A stretch of DNA of 64,000 nt, from positions 384,001 to 448,000 of the forward strand of contig CAXXDQ010000003.1 of assembly GCA_963664325.2 (NCBI GenBank), given 5' to 3'. The notes beneath the pieces were generated by a model, which did no database searches, was not told the origin of the DNA, and saw only the letters and a list, made by a program, of their open reading frames with translations. The stretch comes from Desulfomonilia bacterium (GTDB lineage: Bacteria; Desulfobacterota; Desulfomonilia; UBA1062). Position numbers and translations under genes: made by a program. Shown one piece after another: positions 39,698-50,059 of this stretch (position 1 is its first letter; every line of letters starts with the position of its first letter).

Positions 39698-40933
39698 TTA
39701 TCCTTTGTGCTGCCTTATAAGTTCCATGAAGGCGTCTATTCTCGTATCTATCTGGCTTTCGGAAAAACTTCTCTCATCGACCATGTCGGCCTCCAGCATG
39801 ACACTCGGGATCCCTGTGGCTTTCTGCATCATGCGCTGAATGTCGTACTGGCCGAGAGAATACGGTTTGCAGCTCCGGTTGGAGTGCATGACTATACCGT
39901 CAACATCATATTTCTTGACCATATCCTTTACGGTATCAACCATCTGGTCCACCCCGATATTCAGGTAGATCATGGTGTAGCTGTCAACCATCGACTTTAC
40001 GAAGTCGTTTTTGTCCACATAATCGAGCTGTCTGCACCATGCCGATGTGTAGGTGTCTGCAACAAGGCAGGCGCCATGTGAGGCGAATTTGTCAGAGAGC
40101 CATTTGGTCCTGTACCAGATGGGCAGGTTGTCCCACAGGAGCCTGTACTTCTCGTTGGGGATCGATCCGATCTTGTCCGCGGCACGCTGGCGCATTTCCT
40201 CGATCAGTTCCGTATAGTAATCGACCACGGTTTTGGTGCCCCTGAGCGTCACGATGAGCGCGAGGTGGAAGAACGCGTCGAACGCAGACAATGGGGCTGG
40301 CCTGCTGCGCGCCGTCTCGAGGACCTCCCTCCACAGCTTCTGGCCCTGATAGGAATACTCCATGACCTCTTCGGCCTTGTCCAGATTGAATTTTTTTCCG
40401 CATACCCTTTCAAGGAAGTCCATGTACTCCGTGACCTGCTTTTCAACGTAACGCCTTGCCTCCGGGCTGAACTCGGTGTGGCAGAACGGGGTGTCAAAGA
40501 CGAATAGCGGCACATTGTAATACCGCGCCTGCACCTCGTACCACTTAAGCACGGTCCCGCAGATATTGTTGCAGCATACGAGGAAGTCGGGTGCCGGGAG
40601 CCCGCCGATAGGACCGCCGTTCACGGTCGAACATGCTATGTCCGCCCTTGCATAGGAGCACAGGTCACGGCTGTAGCCCATATTTTCCGCTGTTTCGCAA
40701 AGCCCTACGCCCATCTTTGACGCGCCTATCATGGCCCCGTGGTTTTCCGGGTAGACCGGGATGACGTCCATTACCTGCAGCGGCTCGACAGGCCCGCCGC
40801 TCGTTATCCAGGCGACCTTCTTGTTGTTGTCCCGTGCTGTCTTGGCGTCAATATAATACGCGGTCATGATGTCCCGCATCTTCTTTATCGCTTTTACCTT
40901 TGGTACGGCGTCTTTCTTTATTTCTTCCGACAT
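39698..40933 (-). CDS. 2-hydroxyacyl-CoA dehydratase / benzoyl-CoA reductase family subunit (HgdA/FldB/BcrB-like)
   Basis: YPENHGA, DLCSY, NNICGT, HSNRSCK. Confidence 0.88.
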   Translation of the reverse strand: MSEEIKKDAVPKVKAIKKMRDIMTAYYIDAKTARDNNKKVAWITSGGPVEPLQVMDVIPVYPENHGAMIGASKMGVGLCETAENMGYSRDLCSYARADIACSTVNGGPIGGLPAPDFLVCCNNICGTVLKWYEVQARYYNVPLFVFDTPFCHTEFSPEARRYVEKQVTEYMDFLERVCGKKFNLDKAEEVMEYSYQGQKLWREVLETARSRPAPLSAFDAFFHLALIVTLRGTKTVVDYYTELIEEMRQRAADKIGSIPNEKYRLLWDNLPIWYRTKWLSDKFASHGACLVADTYTSAWCRQLDYVDKNDFVKSMVDSYTMIYLNIGVDQMVDTVKDMVKKYDVDGIVMHSNRSCKPYSLGQYDIQRMMQKATGIPSVMLEADMVDERSFSESQIDTRIDAFMELIRQHKG

Positions 40934-40956
40934 TGTTCTCTCCTTGCCCTGGGCGG

Positions 40957-42072
40957 TTAAAGCATCTCGATGAATGCTTCGAAACGTGTCGCAAGCTGTC
41001 CCGCAGAAGGAAGCTCCTGTTCGACTTCAAGCAGCATTGAAGGGATGCCCGCATCGTCCAGCATCTTCTTCATGAACGGGTAGTCAAAGGCATGCGGGTC
41101 GCAGAACTTGAGCAGAATGAATATCACGCCGCCGGCCTTGTGCTCTTTCGCTATGCTCACAAGATTGTCACCCCTGCCGGTCAGAGACGAATGCTTTGCA
41201 GGGCAGATCACCCGGCCTGAATATCTTGCGGCTATGGCCTTTACAGGGTCGCCGTCTTCGGAAATAAGGCCTTCAAAGAAGCGCGAACCGGTGCAGAGAT
41301 CGTCCCAGATTACTGTGGCGCCTGATTTTTCGATCATGTCATATACCTCGGGATGGTCGCAGATGCCGCCTGATACGACAAGGCGCTTTTTCGCCCCCTT
41401 GGCAGCCGGGGCCGATTCGAGCTGGATCACGAGCTTTTCAATAAGGTCGGCCGCTTCCTTTCTGTCCATGACCATCGAACCCTTGACTACCGCATACATG
41501 TCCCGGCCGCTTATCGCCTGAGGATTTGCGCTCTTGATTGCATAGAGCCTTTTCAAAAGCGATCTCAGGCGGTTGTAAACAACAATGCTCTGTCTGAGTG
41601 CGTCATCAGTGATCTCGGCACCCGTCCATGCCCCGAGCTCTTTCCTGAACTTGGCCAGTGCGTCTTCCATATATTCCCGTGCGCTCTGCGTGTCGAGCTT
41701 GACGGGAAGCACTATGTCATTGTGCCAGGTGGATGCGATATTCAGACGCCATATGTCGGACAGGCGCTGAATGGAGTCGCAGGTGTGCGGGAAAACCATG
41801 CCGTCAAGGAAATCGAGGTTGCCGAGAAGGGCGTCCTCCATGATTCCCCGTACCAGGGAACAGCTGTATGCCTGCAGATGGGCATCAGCCTTTGCAATGC
41901 CGGATTTTATTCCAAAGAGCCTTACCGGTATCGCACCTGCTGCATATATGATTTCCTCCGGTGTGTAGGTGCAGCAGTAGCCTATCAACTTTTTTTTCGT
42001 TTTCAGTTTGTTTCCCCTGGCGTATGAAACGGGATCCTGCGCCGCCCTCATGAATTCATTTAAAATTTCCAT
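40957..42072 (-). CDS. 2-hydroxyacyl-CoA dehydratase / benzoyl-CoA reductase family subunit (HgdB/FldC/BcrC-like)
   Basis: YTPEEIIYAAG, FPHTCD, DDLCTGSR, KFCDP, TRFEAF. Confidence 0.88.
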   Translation of the reverse strand: MEILNEFMRAAQDPVSYARGNKLKTKKKLIGYCCTYTPEEIIYAAGAIPVRLFGIKSGIAKADAHLQAYSCSLVRGIMEDALLGNLDFLDGMVFPHTCDSIQRLSDIWRLNIASTWHNDIVLPVKLDTQSAREYMEDALAKFRKELGAWTGAEITDDALRQSIVVYNRLRSLLKRLYAIKSANPQAISGRDMYAVVKGSMVMDRKEAADLIEKLVIQLESAPAAKGAKKRLVVSGGICDHPEVYDMIEKSGATVIWDDLCTGSRFFEGLISEDGDPVKAIAARYSGRVICPAKHSSLTGRGDNLVSIAKEHKAGGVIFILLKFCDPHAFDYPFMKKMLDDAGIPSMLLEVEQELPSAGQLATRFEAFIEML

Positions 42073-42115
42073 AAACCACCTTTCTCGCTTATATTATGCA
42101 GTTAATGTCTGCAAT

Positions 42116-42149
42116 TGAACATTGTATTAAAATGAACCTGAACTGTCAA
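42116..42149 (-). promoter_or_regulatory. Near-consensus sigma-70 promoter
   Basis: TTGACA-17-TACAAT on the minus strand; imperfect palindrome TGAACATTGTATTAA over the -10 box. Confidence 0.7.
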
Positions 42150-42447
42150 CGCAAAGCGCCAATAAACAGTAACTTTCTTGCGATATCAGCAACAGACAGC
42201 TTTTCTACAAAGGCTTGATGAACCGGCAGTTGATTGTCTGACTCATCTGCTTGTAATTTGCATTCAAGATGATACCAGGACGACAAGAAATGGACAATCT
42301 TCATCAGTTAATTAATCTACAGAGTTATCAAGTTATCAGGACTCCTCGATTACCCTGATATTTAAGGAATTCCTTATTCCGGCCGATATATCTATTGATA
42401 AAGATTGCATCAGAATGCTGCCACTTTAACCAATATAAGGAGCAATT

Positions 42448-43548
42448 ATGAAAAAATTAATGATGGTTCTTGCTGCCGGCTGTTTCCTTACCGTATTATT
42501 ACCTTCTTCTTCTTACCCCTGTGGAAGTTTCAGCGTTACGGCTGATGACGGGTCGATCCTGGCCGTACGATCAATGGAATTCTCGGTTGATTTGAAATAC
42601 GACATCATTATTGTTCCGAGAAATAAAATTTGCCAGAGTCCCGCTCCGGAAGGCAAAACAGGCTTGAAGTGGAAAACGCTGTTCGGTTATACCGGGGTTG
42701 CGACCTTCGGCATGGACCATGGCATATCCGATGGAATGAATGAAAAGGGTCTGGCCGTAAGTCTGCTGTGGTATGAAAACGACATGAAATGGCAGAGTGT
42801 CGGCCCTAAGGAAACAAACCGCGCCCTTGCCGAGACCATTCTGGTCGATTGGATTCTAGGCAATTTTTCAACCGTGGACCAGGTAAAAGAGAATATAAAG
42901 AATGTCAGGGTATTCAGTTATGCCGACCCGTTGGTAAAGATTGCACTGCCCGCACATTTCATTGTTTACGATGCTTCCGGCGGTTCGATCGTCATAGAGT
43001 ATGATAACGGCGTATGCAATGTTTATGACGATCCGCTGGGAATCATGACAAATGCGCCCAATTTCCCGTGGCATCTCACGAACCTGCGCCAGTACATCGG
43101 CATGAGAACCGAAAACCCGGAATCCCTGAATGTAAAAGGAAAGAGCATCCTTCCGACCGGTCACGGGTCGGGGATGATCGGCCTGCCTGGTGATTATACT
43201 CCGGCGAGCAGGTTTGTGAGGTTTGTGGCCTTAAAGAGGTTTGCCGACAAACAGCATGACGCGAAAGGAAATCTTAATCTCGCGCAGCATATCATCAACA
43301 CGTTTGATATCCCGCAGGGCATCATAACCGATACACAGGCGGACGGCAAAACAGTGCTCAAGGAACTGACCCAGTGGGTGACCTTCAAGGACCTTACAAA
43401 CCGCATAATATACTTCAGGACCTATGATAACTTCAATCTGAGGAAAATTGATCTGAATGCGCTCGATTTTGATGCAAGGACCATCAAACGCATTTCGATG
43501 TTTGACAGGCCCGAAGCCATAATTGATGTTACGGGTCAGGCCCGTTAA
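42448..43548 (+). CDS. Choloylglycine hydrolase/penicillin V acylase family (Ntn, C59), exported
   Basis: Signal peptide then the N-terminal nucleophile C(GSF); RSMEF, DGMNEKGL, MTNAP, LPGDYTPASRFVR. Confidence 0.93.
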   Translation: MKKLMMVLAAGCFLTVLLPSSSYPCGSFSVTADDGSILAVRSMEFSVDLKYDIIIVPRNKICQSPAPEGKTGLKWKTLFGYTGVATFGMDHGISDGMNEKGLAVSLLWYENDMKWQSVGPKETNRALAETILVDWILGNFSTVDQVKENIKNVRVFSYADPLVKIALPAHFIVYDASGGSIVIEYDNGVCNVYDDPLGIMTNAPNFPWHLTNLRQYIGMRTENPESLNVKGKSILPTGHGSGMIGLPGDYTPASRFVRFVALKRFADKQHDAKGNLNLAQHIINTFDIPQGIITDTQADGKTVLKELTQWVTFKDLTNRIIYFRTYDNFNLRKIDLNALDFDARTIKRISMFDRPEAIIDVTGQAR

Positions 43549-43631
43549 AACTTCGGGACTTCGAATGGATCAGGCCTCAACAAACGGCTATACATGAAGA
43601 TTTGTTGAATGCTGGGGCCTGAATCCTAAAA

Positions 43632-44291
43632 TCATGCTTCAAAAAGGTTATTGATTCCGCCCAGCATGAACGAGGCTGTCTCATCTGCGATTCCCTTGAT
43701 ATTTTTCGAACTGTTCTGCCAGAGGAAATAGTGGCATGCGATCCGTTCGTATATTCCGACTATGCAGACTGCGATCAGCTCGGGCGAAAAATCGGAAATG
43801 AAACTTTTTCCCTGTTCCTTGCTTATCTTCTTTATTGCATCTTTAATATCAAGGGTCAGTTTGATGAACAGCTGCTTTCGCTGCTCTTCCACTTCAAGAC
43901 TCTGCCCGACCGATTCCCTGAAAAAAATGGTTAATTTCTCCGGGTGGCGCTTGCAGAAATTCTTTAAAAAGGCATAAGGGATATTGTTGAATCCATTCAG
44001 CGTTAAATCTGTCTTTTCAAATTCCTCGCCGAGCAGTTTTCTTAAAAAATGTCCTATCTCATGCATCAGCTTGATAAGCAGGTCATCCTTGTTCTTGAAA
44101 TAAAAATACACAGCCCCTGTCGAAACCTCGGCCAGGTCGGCGACTTCTTCAATGCTGGTCTGGTTGAAGCCCTTTCTTGCAAACAGCTCTTCGGCGGCCT
44201 TTAATATTGTGTTGTAGCGGTTTTCCTTTTCCCTGAGCCTGCGCATGGAGCGTCTCGGCAACGGGGAATCTGTGTTGTCTCTTTTAGTCAT
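43632..44291 (-). CDS. TetR/AcrR family regulator (AtuR-like position)
   Basis: AAEELFARKGF...AEVSTGAVYFYFKNK. Confidence 0.92.
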   Translation of the reverse strand: MTKRDNTDSPLPRRSMRRLREKENRYNTILKAAEELFARKGFNQTSIEEVADLAEVSTGAVYFYFKNKDDLLIKLMHEIGHFLRKLLGEEFEKTDLTLNGFNNIPYAFLKNFCKRHPEKLTIFFRESVGQSLEVEEQRKQLFIKLTLDIKDAIKKISKEQGKSFISDFSPELIAVCIVGIYERIACHYFLWQNSSKNIKGIADETASFMLGGINNLFEA

Positions 44292-44320
44292 AACAGCTTA
44301 TAGTTCTCCTTCACGATTAA

Positions 44321-45292
44321 TTATACTTCCAAAGTTCTCAGCCTTGAAAGTATTTTGTGGGCGCCGGAAACGATCTCATCGACAACCTCGGCTATGGGCT
44401 TTATCTCATGGATGAGGCAGGCGCACAACCCGCAGGCGATGGGAACGCCTTCGCAATCGCCGAGTGCATACATCTGTTTGCCGATTTTTCCGCTTACAAC
44501 CGTGAGCAGTTCGGCGAGTCCTGCCCCTCTGGCCTCCATTTCAAGGCATGTATCTGTCGCCCAGTTTTTCATGCAGCGCATGGGATTTTTAATGCTTCGC
44601 ATGATGAGCGTAGTATCTCTTTCCGTCACCTCAAGATAGCGCTTCTTGATTTTTTCATTCATTGTACTTTCGGTTGTAGCCACAAACCTGGTTCCCATTA
44701 CCACGCCTGCAGCCCCGTAGCACATGGCGGCTGCGAACCCCCTAGCATCGGCGACACCTCCTGCCGCAATTACCGGAACCCCGAGCTCGTCTACGGCTTT
44801 GGGCAGGATTATCGAAAGCGGGATGTCGTCCATGCCCGGATGGCCGCCGCATTCAAAACCCACGATTATTATGCCGTCAACGCCTCCGGCAACTGCTTTT
44901 TTAGCAAACCGTATAGTGGGAACCTTATGAAATACCTTGACTCCTGCCTCTTTAAGCACAGGCATAAGAAATGCCGGGTCATGCCCCGCGGTTTCCACAG
45001 CAGCAACCTTTTCTTCAGCAGCTACCCGCGCAAAGCCCAGAGAGCGCTCGCCCTTTCCCAGTTCAGGAAGCATGCTTATGTTCACACCGAAGGGTTTGTC
45101 GGTCAATGCCCTCGTTTTCCTTATTTCATCACGCAGGGCCTCAGCCGTCGGCGACGTCTCGGCCGTCAGGAAGGCCATAACTCCTGCATTTGCAGCCGAT
45201 GCAACGAATTCGGCGGTTGAAAGCCATTGCATTCCCCCCATCATGATAGGATGGGGGATGCCCAGCATCTCGGTCAGTCTGGTCTTGAACAT
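44321..45292 (-). CDS. Nitronate monooxygenase/FabK-like flavin oxidoreductase
   Basis: PIMMGGM, PFGVN, ECGGHPG, AAGG, MGTRF. Confidence 0.9.
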   Translation of the reverse strand: MFKTRLTEMLGIPHPIMMGGMQWLSTAEFVASAANAGVMAFLTAETSPTAEALRDEIRKTRALTDKPFGVNISMLPELGKGERSLGFARVAAEEKVAAVETAGHDPAFLMPVLKEAGVKVFHKVPTIRFAKKAVAGGVDGIIIVGFECGGHPGMDDIPLSIILPKAVDELGVPVIAAGGVADARGFAAAMCYGAAGVVMGTRFVATTESTMNEKIKKRYLEVTERDTTLIMRSIKNPMRCMKNWATDTCLEMEARGAGLAELLTVVSGKIGKQMYALGDCEGVPIACGLCACLIHEIKPIAEVVDEIVSGAHKILSRLRTLEV

Positions 45293-45332
45293 GGTTTATT
45301 TTTTCTCCTGAATTATATGCTCTAGACGGGTT

Positions 45333-46469
45333 TCAAAAACCCTCCATACGGGCGATTATTTCGCACATCACCTCGTCCGCGCCCCCGCCGATCGACATGA
45401 TCCTTGAGTCCCGGAAATACCTCGAAATGAGGGTCTCGTTCATGAAGCCCATTCCTCCGAACATCTGCAGGCAGCCGGTAGCGACCTCGGATATAAGCTG
45501 CCCGGCTGTCAGTTTGCCCATCGATATTTCGCGGGTGACATCGAGGCCTTCCATCTTCATCCTTACTATATGATAGGTCAGCTGCTTCAGGCATTCGTTT
45601 CTCGTGAGCCACCCGGCCAGCCTGTGCCTGAGCACCTGCTTTGTTATGAGCGGTTTGCCGAAGACCACCCTCTGCCTTAAATAATCCACCGTCATATCGA
45701 TCATGTCCCTGACGCACACATGTACGCCGGGGAGAATAGAGAAACGTTCGTGCTGGAACTGCTTCATCTGGTAGATGAAGCCTTCTCCCTCTTCACCGAT
45801 CAGGTTTTCGGTTGGGATCTCGACATTGTCAAAAAACAGCTCGGCCGTATCGCTGCTTCTGAGCCCTACCTTGTCCAGTTTTTTACTTACCGAAAACCCG
45901 GGCAGGTTTGTCGGCACGACAAAAAGGCCGAAGGAATGATAACCGGGTTCATCGCCAGTTCTTGCGAGCAGCGTCAGGAAGTCGGCCTGGGTACCGTTGG
46001 TGATAAATGTCTTGGAGCCGTTTAAGACGTACCGGCCGTCCTTTTTCACCGCCCTGGTTTTGATGGCGAAAACATCGGATCCGGCATCGGGTTCGGTGAC
46101 CGCGATAGCCGAGACCATGTCACCGGCAATCGCAGGCCTTAGATAAGTCTCTTTCAGATAGTTGCTTCCATAAGCGGCAATGGCCGGGGTTGCCATGTTT
46201 GTCTGCACGGCGACGGCAGTTGAGACACCCACTCCATGAACATGCCCCATTTCCTCGAGCAGTATGGTTTCAAACCAGTAGTCAAGGCCCTGGCCGCCAT
46301 ATTCGGGTTCATAGCGGATGCCCAGAAATCCGAGGTCGCCCATCTTCTTGAACAGGTCATGAAGGGGCACTGTTTTTTCCTCCCATTCGTCCATGAACGG
46401 ATTGATCTCCTTGTCGACAAATTTCTTTACGGATTGCCTGAATGCCTCGTGCGTTTCGTTAAAATACAT
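45333..46469 (-). CDS. Acyl-CoA dehydrogenase (citronellyl-CoA dehydrogenase AtuD-like)
   Basis: AVTEPDAGSD, GSKTFITNG, SDTAELFF, QMFGGMGF, IGGGADEVM; atuA context. Confidence 0.9.
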   Translation of the reverse strand: MYFNETHEAFRQSVKKFVDKEINPFMDEWEEKTVPLHDLFKKMGDLGFLGIRYEPEYGGQGLDYWFETILLEEMGHVHGVGVSTAVAVQTNMATPAIAAYGSNYLKETYLRPAIAGDMVSAIAVTEPDAGSDVFAIKTRAVKKDGRYVLNGSKTFITNGTQADFLTLLARTGDEPGYHSFGLFVVPTNLPGFSVSKKLDKVGLRSSDTAELFFDNVEIPTENLIGEEGEGFIYQMKQFQHERFSILPGVHVCVRDMIDMTVDYLRQRVVFGKPLITKQVLRHRLAGWLTRNECLKQLTYHIVRMKMEGLDVTREISMGKLTAGQLISEVATGCLQMFGGMGFMNETLISRYFRDSRIMSIGGGADEVMCEIIARMEGF

Positions 46470-46488
46470 TTAATCCCCCCTGTTAAAT

Positions 46489-48186
46489 TTATCTGAGCGC
46501 CTTCTTGTCCACCTTGCCTACTGCGGTAAGAGGGATGGCGTCAATTATCTCGAAAATCTTGGGAACCTTGTACGGTGACAGGTTTTCCTGGCAGAGATCA
46601 AGAAGTTCCTTCTTTATCTGGTCCCGGTCTTTATTGAGCGAATCTTCCGCAAGCTGAATGAACGCCTTCACGATCTGGCTGTCGGGACGCTTGGGATTCG
46701 GGATGCCTATGATTGCACAGAAACTGACCGAACCATGCTGGTAAAGGATTTCCTCGACCTCCCTGGAAAACACCTTGAAGCCGCCGACAATAAGCATGTC
46801 CTTGGCGCGGTCGACGAGGTAGAAATACCCGTCTTCATCCATCCATCCGATGTCTCCCGTATAGAGCCATTTTTCATTTTTGTATTCGCGAAGCGTATGG
46901 TTAGTGTCTTCGGGTTTATTGTGGTAACCTTTCATGACCTGCGGTCCGTTGACGATGATCTCACCCGCCTCGCGCAGGGGCATTTCCCTTGTCCCCGTCT
47001 CGACGTCCACGACCTTGAGCCTGGTGTTCTGCATGGGAAGGCCGACCGAGCCGATCCTCTTCTCTCCTTTCAGGGGATTCATGCAGATAAGGGGGCTGGC
47101 CTCGGTCATTCCGAAAATCTCGACGACCTTTCCCTTGCCCACGATATTTTCAAGTGCGGCCATGCCTTCTTTCGAAAAAGGGGAAGCTCCTGAAATGCAT
47201 ACCTCGCACCCGGAGAAATCAAGCTCAGAGAATCTCGGATTGTCCATGAGCATCTGATACAGTGAAGGCACATGGAGCATGACGCGCGGCTTGTGTTCGG
47301 CAATCTCCTTGCACACGTTTTCCGTATTTCTTGGGTCCGGGATTATGCACTGCGTGTACGCCATCGCCATTGTCGTCATGCCGAAATAGAGGCCAGCCTG
47401 ATGGAAGTACGGAAAGCCGGAGCATCCGACCCCGCTCCCCATCTCGAACTTGAGCCATTGAACTGCCTGCCTTATATTTGCGACGATATTACTGTGCGTC
47501 AGCACCGCGCCCTTCGGCATTCCGGTCGTGCCTCCCGTATACTGGATGAGGCATGTGTCATCGGCCTTTATTCGCACTTCGGGCCTTGAAGGGCGGTATT
47601 TTTTCAACAGTCCCATGAATGAAATGATGTCCTTGCCGGGTATGGGTTTTATCTTTCCGGAAGGGATCTTTTTGAGAAGCTTTCCCAGATATCTCTTATA
47701 AAACGGCAGAAAATCGGCGATATTTGTTACGACACAGCTTCTGAGTGACGGAACATCATCCCGTATTTTCTGAACTCTGTGTTCAAAGATTGCGTCGAGG
47801 GTTACGAGAATCTTCACACCCGAATCGTTTATCTGGTAGGCCATCTCCTTGGGAGTCAGGAGAGGAGAGACCCCGCTTGCCACACATCCCGAGCGCATTA
47901 TTCCGCACAGGGCGATCAGGTACTGCGGGGTGTTGGGAAGGTTGATGCCTACCACATCGCCGGGGACGCAACCCATATCCTTAATATAACCTGCGAACCG
48001 CAGCGAGAGCTCGTCGAGTTTGCCAAACGTGCATGTGTGGCCAAGGAAATGAAACGCAGGCCTTTCCGGATACTTGCTCATGGATGCCTCAATAAGATCG
48101 GCATAAGTGTCTTCATTGACCGCAATCTGAGGCTCAACATCAGGGTCATATGATTTGAGCCAGGGCATTGAATCATAATCCGTCAT
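46489..48186 (-). CDS. Long-chain acyl-CoA synthetase
   Basis: YTGGTTGMPKG, FGMTE, YTGD, PLTAVGK. Confidence 0.92.
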   Translation of the reverse strand: MTDYDSMPWLKSYDPDVEPQIAVNEDTYADLIEASMSKYPERPAFHFLGHTCTFGKLDELSLRFAGYIKDMGCVPGDVVGINLPNTPQYLIALCGIMRSGCVASGVSPLLTPKEMAYQINDSGVKILVTLDAIFEHRVQKIRDDVPSLRSCVVTNIADFLPFYKRYLGKLLKKIPSGKIKPIPGKDIISFMGLLKKYRPSRPEVRIKADDTCLIQYTGGTTGMPKGAVLTHSNIVANIRQAVQWLKFEMGSGVGCSGFPYFHQAGLYFGMTTMAMAYTQCIIPDPRNTENVCKEIAEHKPRVMLHVPSLYQMLMDNPRFSELDFSGCEVCISGASPFSKEGMAALENIVGKGKVVEIFGMTEASPLICMNPLKGEKRIGSVGLPMQNTRLKVVDVETGTREMPLREAGEIIVNGPQVMKGYHNKPEDTNHTLREYKNEKWLYTGDIGWMDEDGYFYLVDRAKDMLIVGGFKVFSREVEEILYQHGSVSFCAIIGIPNPKRPDSQIVKAFIQLAEDSLNKDRDQIKKELLDLCQENLSPYKVPKIFEIIDAIPLTAVGKVDKKALR

Positions 48187-48207
48187 ACCGCACCTCCATG
48201 ATAAAAT

Positions 48208-48244
48208 AGGACGGGACAGCCGAAAGGGCTGTCCTGTCCGTCAG
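48208..48244. repeat. Intergenic GC-rich hairpin inside the atu operon
   Basis: ggacgggacagcc-gaaa-gggctgtcctgtcc. Confidence 0.55.
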
Positions 48245-48253
48245 TCTGTAAAT

Positions 48254-50035
48254 CTATGATTCCGGCGCTATTGCCTCTGGGAGTTCGACGATCTTGGCCC
48301 TGAGGTATTCTCCCAGGGTTTTTGCCTGCGGGTCGCTTCTGAGTGAGGCGGCGACGCCCTCGCCCAGAACGCCCTTTATATAAAAGTTTATTGCCAGCAG
48401 GTTGGGAAATTCATAGCGCTCCATCTCAAAGGCGCTCATGTCTTTAAGCAGCTCCTTTAATTTGTCTGTCGTCAGAAATTCTCTCAGGAATGCATAGGCC
48501 ATAGGCGTCTTCGCCCAGACGCCGAGATTGGCATTTCCGCCCTTATCGCCGGAACGTGTTGCAAAAACACGGCCGAACGGTATCCTTACGGTCTTACCTT
48601 CCGGTTTGGGAGGGATCTTGACTTCCTTCGCTTTGATTGTGCCGGCAGATGAACCGGGTGCAGTTGATTCAACAATAATTTCTTTTTCGTCAATGACGAC
48701 CTTCTGCTGGACATGCCTTTGTGAGATGAGGCTCGGCCAGTGGATAATGGCCGGACTTCCTTTTCCCGGAGGGGCGGTTGCCGTAAACCCCGGGATATTT
48801 GCCAGTCCCAGCTCCACGATCTTTGAGGAAAATTTCTCGACCTTCTTTGCATCCGGGTCCATCACCGAAACCCGAAGATAGGCGAACGCCTCGTCATTTG
48901 TTTCGGGGTCATCTTTATTCGACTTGACGAGCTGGACATCCTCGACCGCGAATTTTCCTCTGCCGCCCAGGCCCGCGAACAGGGCGTCTTCAAATATCTT
49001 CGCCTTCTTTTCTATATCCAGCCCGGTAAGCACGATTGTCATTGAATTCCTGTGGCCGCCGATGTTGTTGATGCAGACCTTGGTCGTTGCAGGAGGCGCT
49101 TCGCCCCGTACGCCGGTTATTTTCGTCCGGTCAGGGCCCTCCTGGGAAATTTCGATTGTATCGAAGAATGCAGAAACATCAGGGGTCAGATATCTGGGCT
49201 GTCTCACCTCATACAGGAGCTGGGCCTTGACCGTATCAACCGACACAAGGCCTCCCGTGCCCGGATGCTTTGTGATTACTGAGGAGCCGTCTTCGAATAT
49301 TTCAGCAATGGGGTAACCTACATTGATGAACGACGGCACCTCTTCGATAAACGAATAATTGCCGCCCGTGGCCTGCGCCCCGCATTCAATGACGTGCCCG
49401 GCAACGGAGGCTCCTGCAAGCCTGTTCCAGTCATCCCTTTTCCAGCCGAACCACCATGCGGCCGGGCCTACTGTAAGAGAGGCATCCGCAATCCTGCCGC
49501 CGACCACTATATCGGCCCCCTGCTCAAGAGCCTCGGCTATACCCCATCCGCCCATATAGGCATTGGCCGTGATGGACATTGCCCCTGCCTCTTTAAGGCT
49601 GATGCCCTTGTCCATGTGGATGAATGCTTCGCCTTTTTCCTGAAGTTCGGCAAGGCGTCCCATCAGGTCGTCGCCCTCTATGTAGGCTATTTTCGGATTA
49701 AGCCCGAGCGCCCCTGCAATTTTCTTAAGCTCATTGGCCAGGGCCTTCGGGCCGAGCCCGCCCGCATTCGATACCACGCGGATGCCCTTATCCAGACATT
49801 CCCCCATGATCTCTTCCATCTGCTTTAAAAATGTCGAAGCAAAGCCCGCCTCCGGGTTTTTCATTTTCAAGCGGAAAAGCAGCGCCATGGTGAGCTCGGC
49901 CAGATAGTCTCCCGTAAGTATGTCGATGGGCCCGCCCTGCACCATTTCCCTTGCAGCCGAGAGCCTGTCGCCGAAAAAGCCGCTGCAGTTGGCGATGATG
50001 ACCCTGTCTCTGTTATTCGGATTTTTACTTCCCAT
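48254..50035 (-). CDS. atuA: Acyclic terpene utilisation AtuA family protein
   Basis: IANCSGFFGDR, GDYLAELTM, GHVIECGAQATGGN, RSGDKGGNAN, DPQAKTLGE. Confidence 0.92.
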   Translation of the reverse strand: MGSKNPNNRDRVIIANCSGFFGDRLSAAREMVQGGPIDILTGDYLAELTMALLFRLKMKNPEAGFASTFLKQMEEIMGECLDKGIRVVSNAGGLGPKALANELKKIAGALGLNPKIAYIEGDDLMGRLAELQEKGEAFIHMDKGISLKEAGAMSITANAYMGGWGIAEALEQGADIVVGGRIADASLTVGPAAWWFGWKRDDWNRLAGASVAGHVIECGAQATGGNYSFIEEVPSFINVGYPIAEIFEDGSSVITKHPGTGGLVSVDTVKAQLLYEVRQPRYLTPDVSAFFDTIEISQEGPDRTKITGVRGEAPPATTKVCINNIGGHRNSMTIVLTGLDIEKKAKIFEDALFAGLGGRGKFAVEDVQLVKSNKDDPETNDEAFAYLRVSVMDPDAKKVEKFSSKIVELGLANIPGFTATAPPGKGSPAIIHWPSLISQRHVQQKVVIDEKEIIVESTAPGSSAGTIKAKEVKIPPKPEGKTVRIPFGRVFATRSGDKGGNANLGVWAKTPMAYAFLREFLTTDKLKELLKDMSAFEMERYEFPNLLAINFYIKGVLGEGVAASLRSDPQAKTLGEYLRAKIVELPEAIAPES

Positions 50036-50059
50036 ACACCCCCCTGTTATTATATTTGA

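Noticed and set aside
39698-42072. Complete class I benzoyl-CoA reductase
   Set aside because: The ATP-binding subunits and ring-cleavage genes (dch/had/oah) are absent from the window
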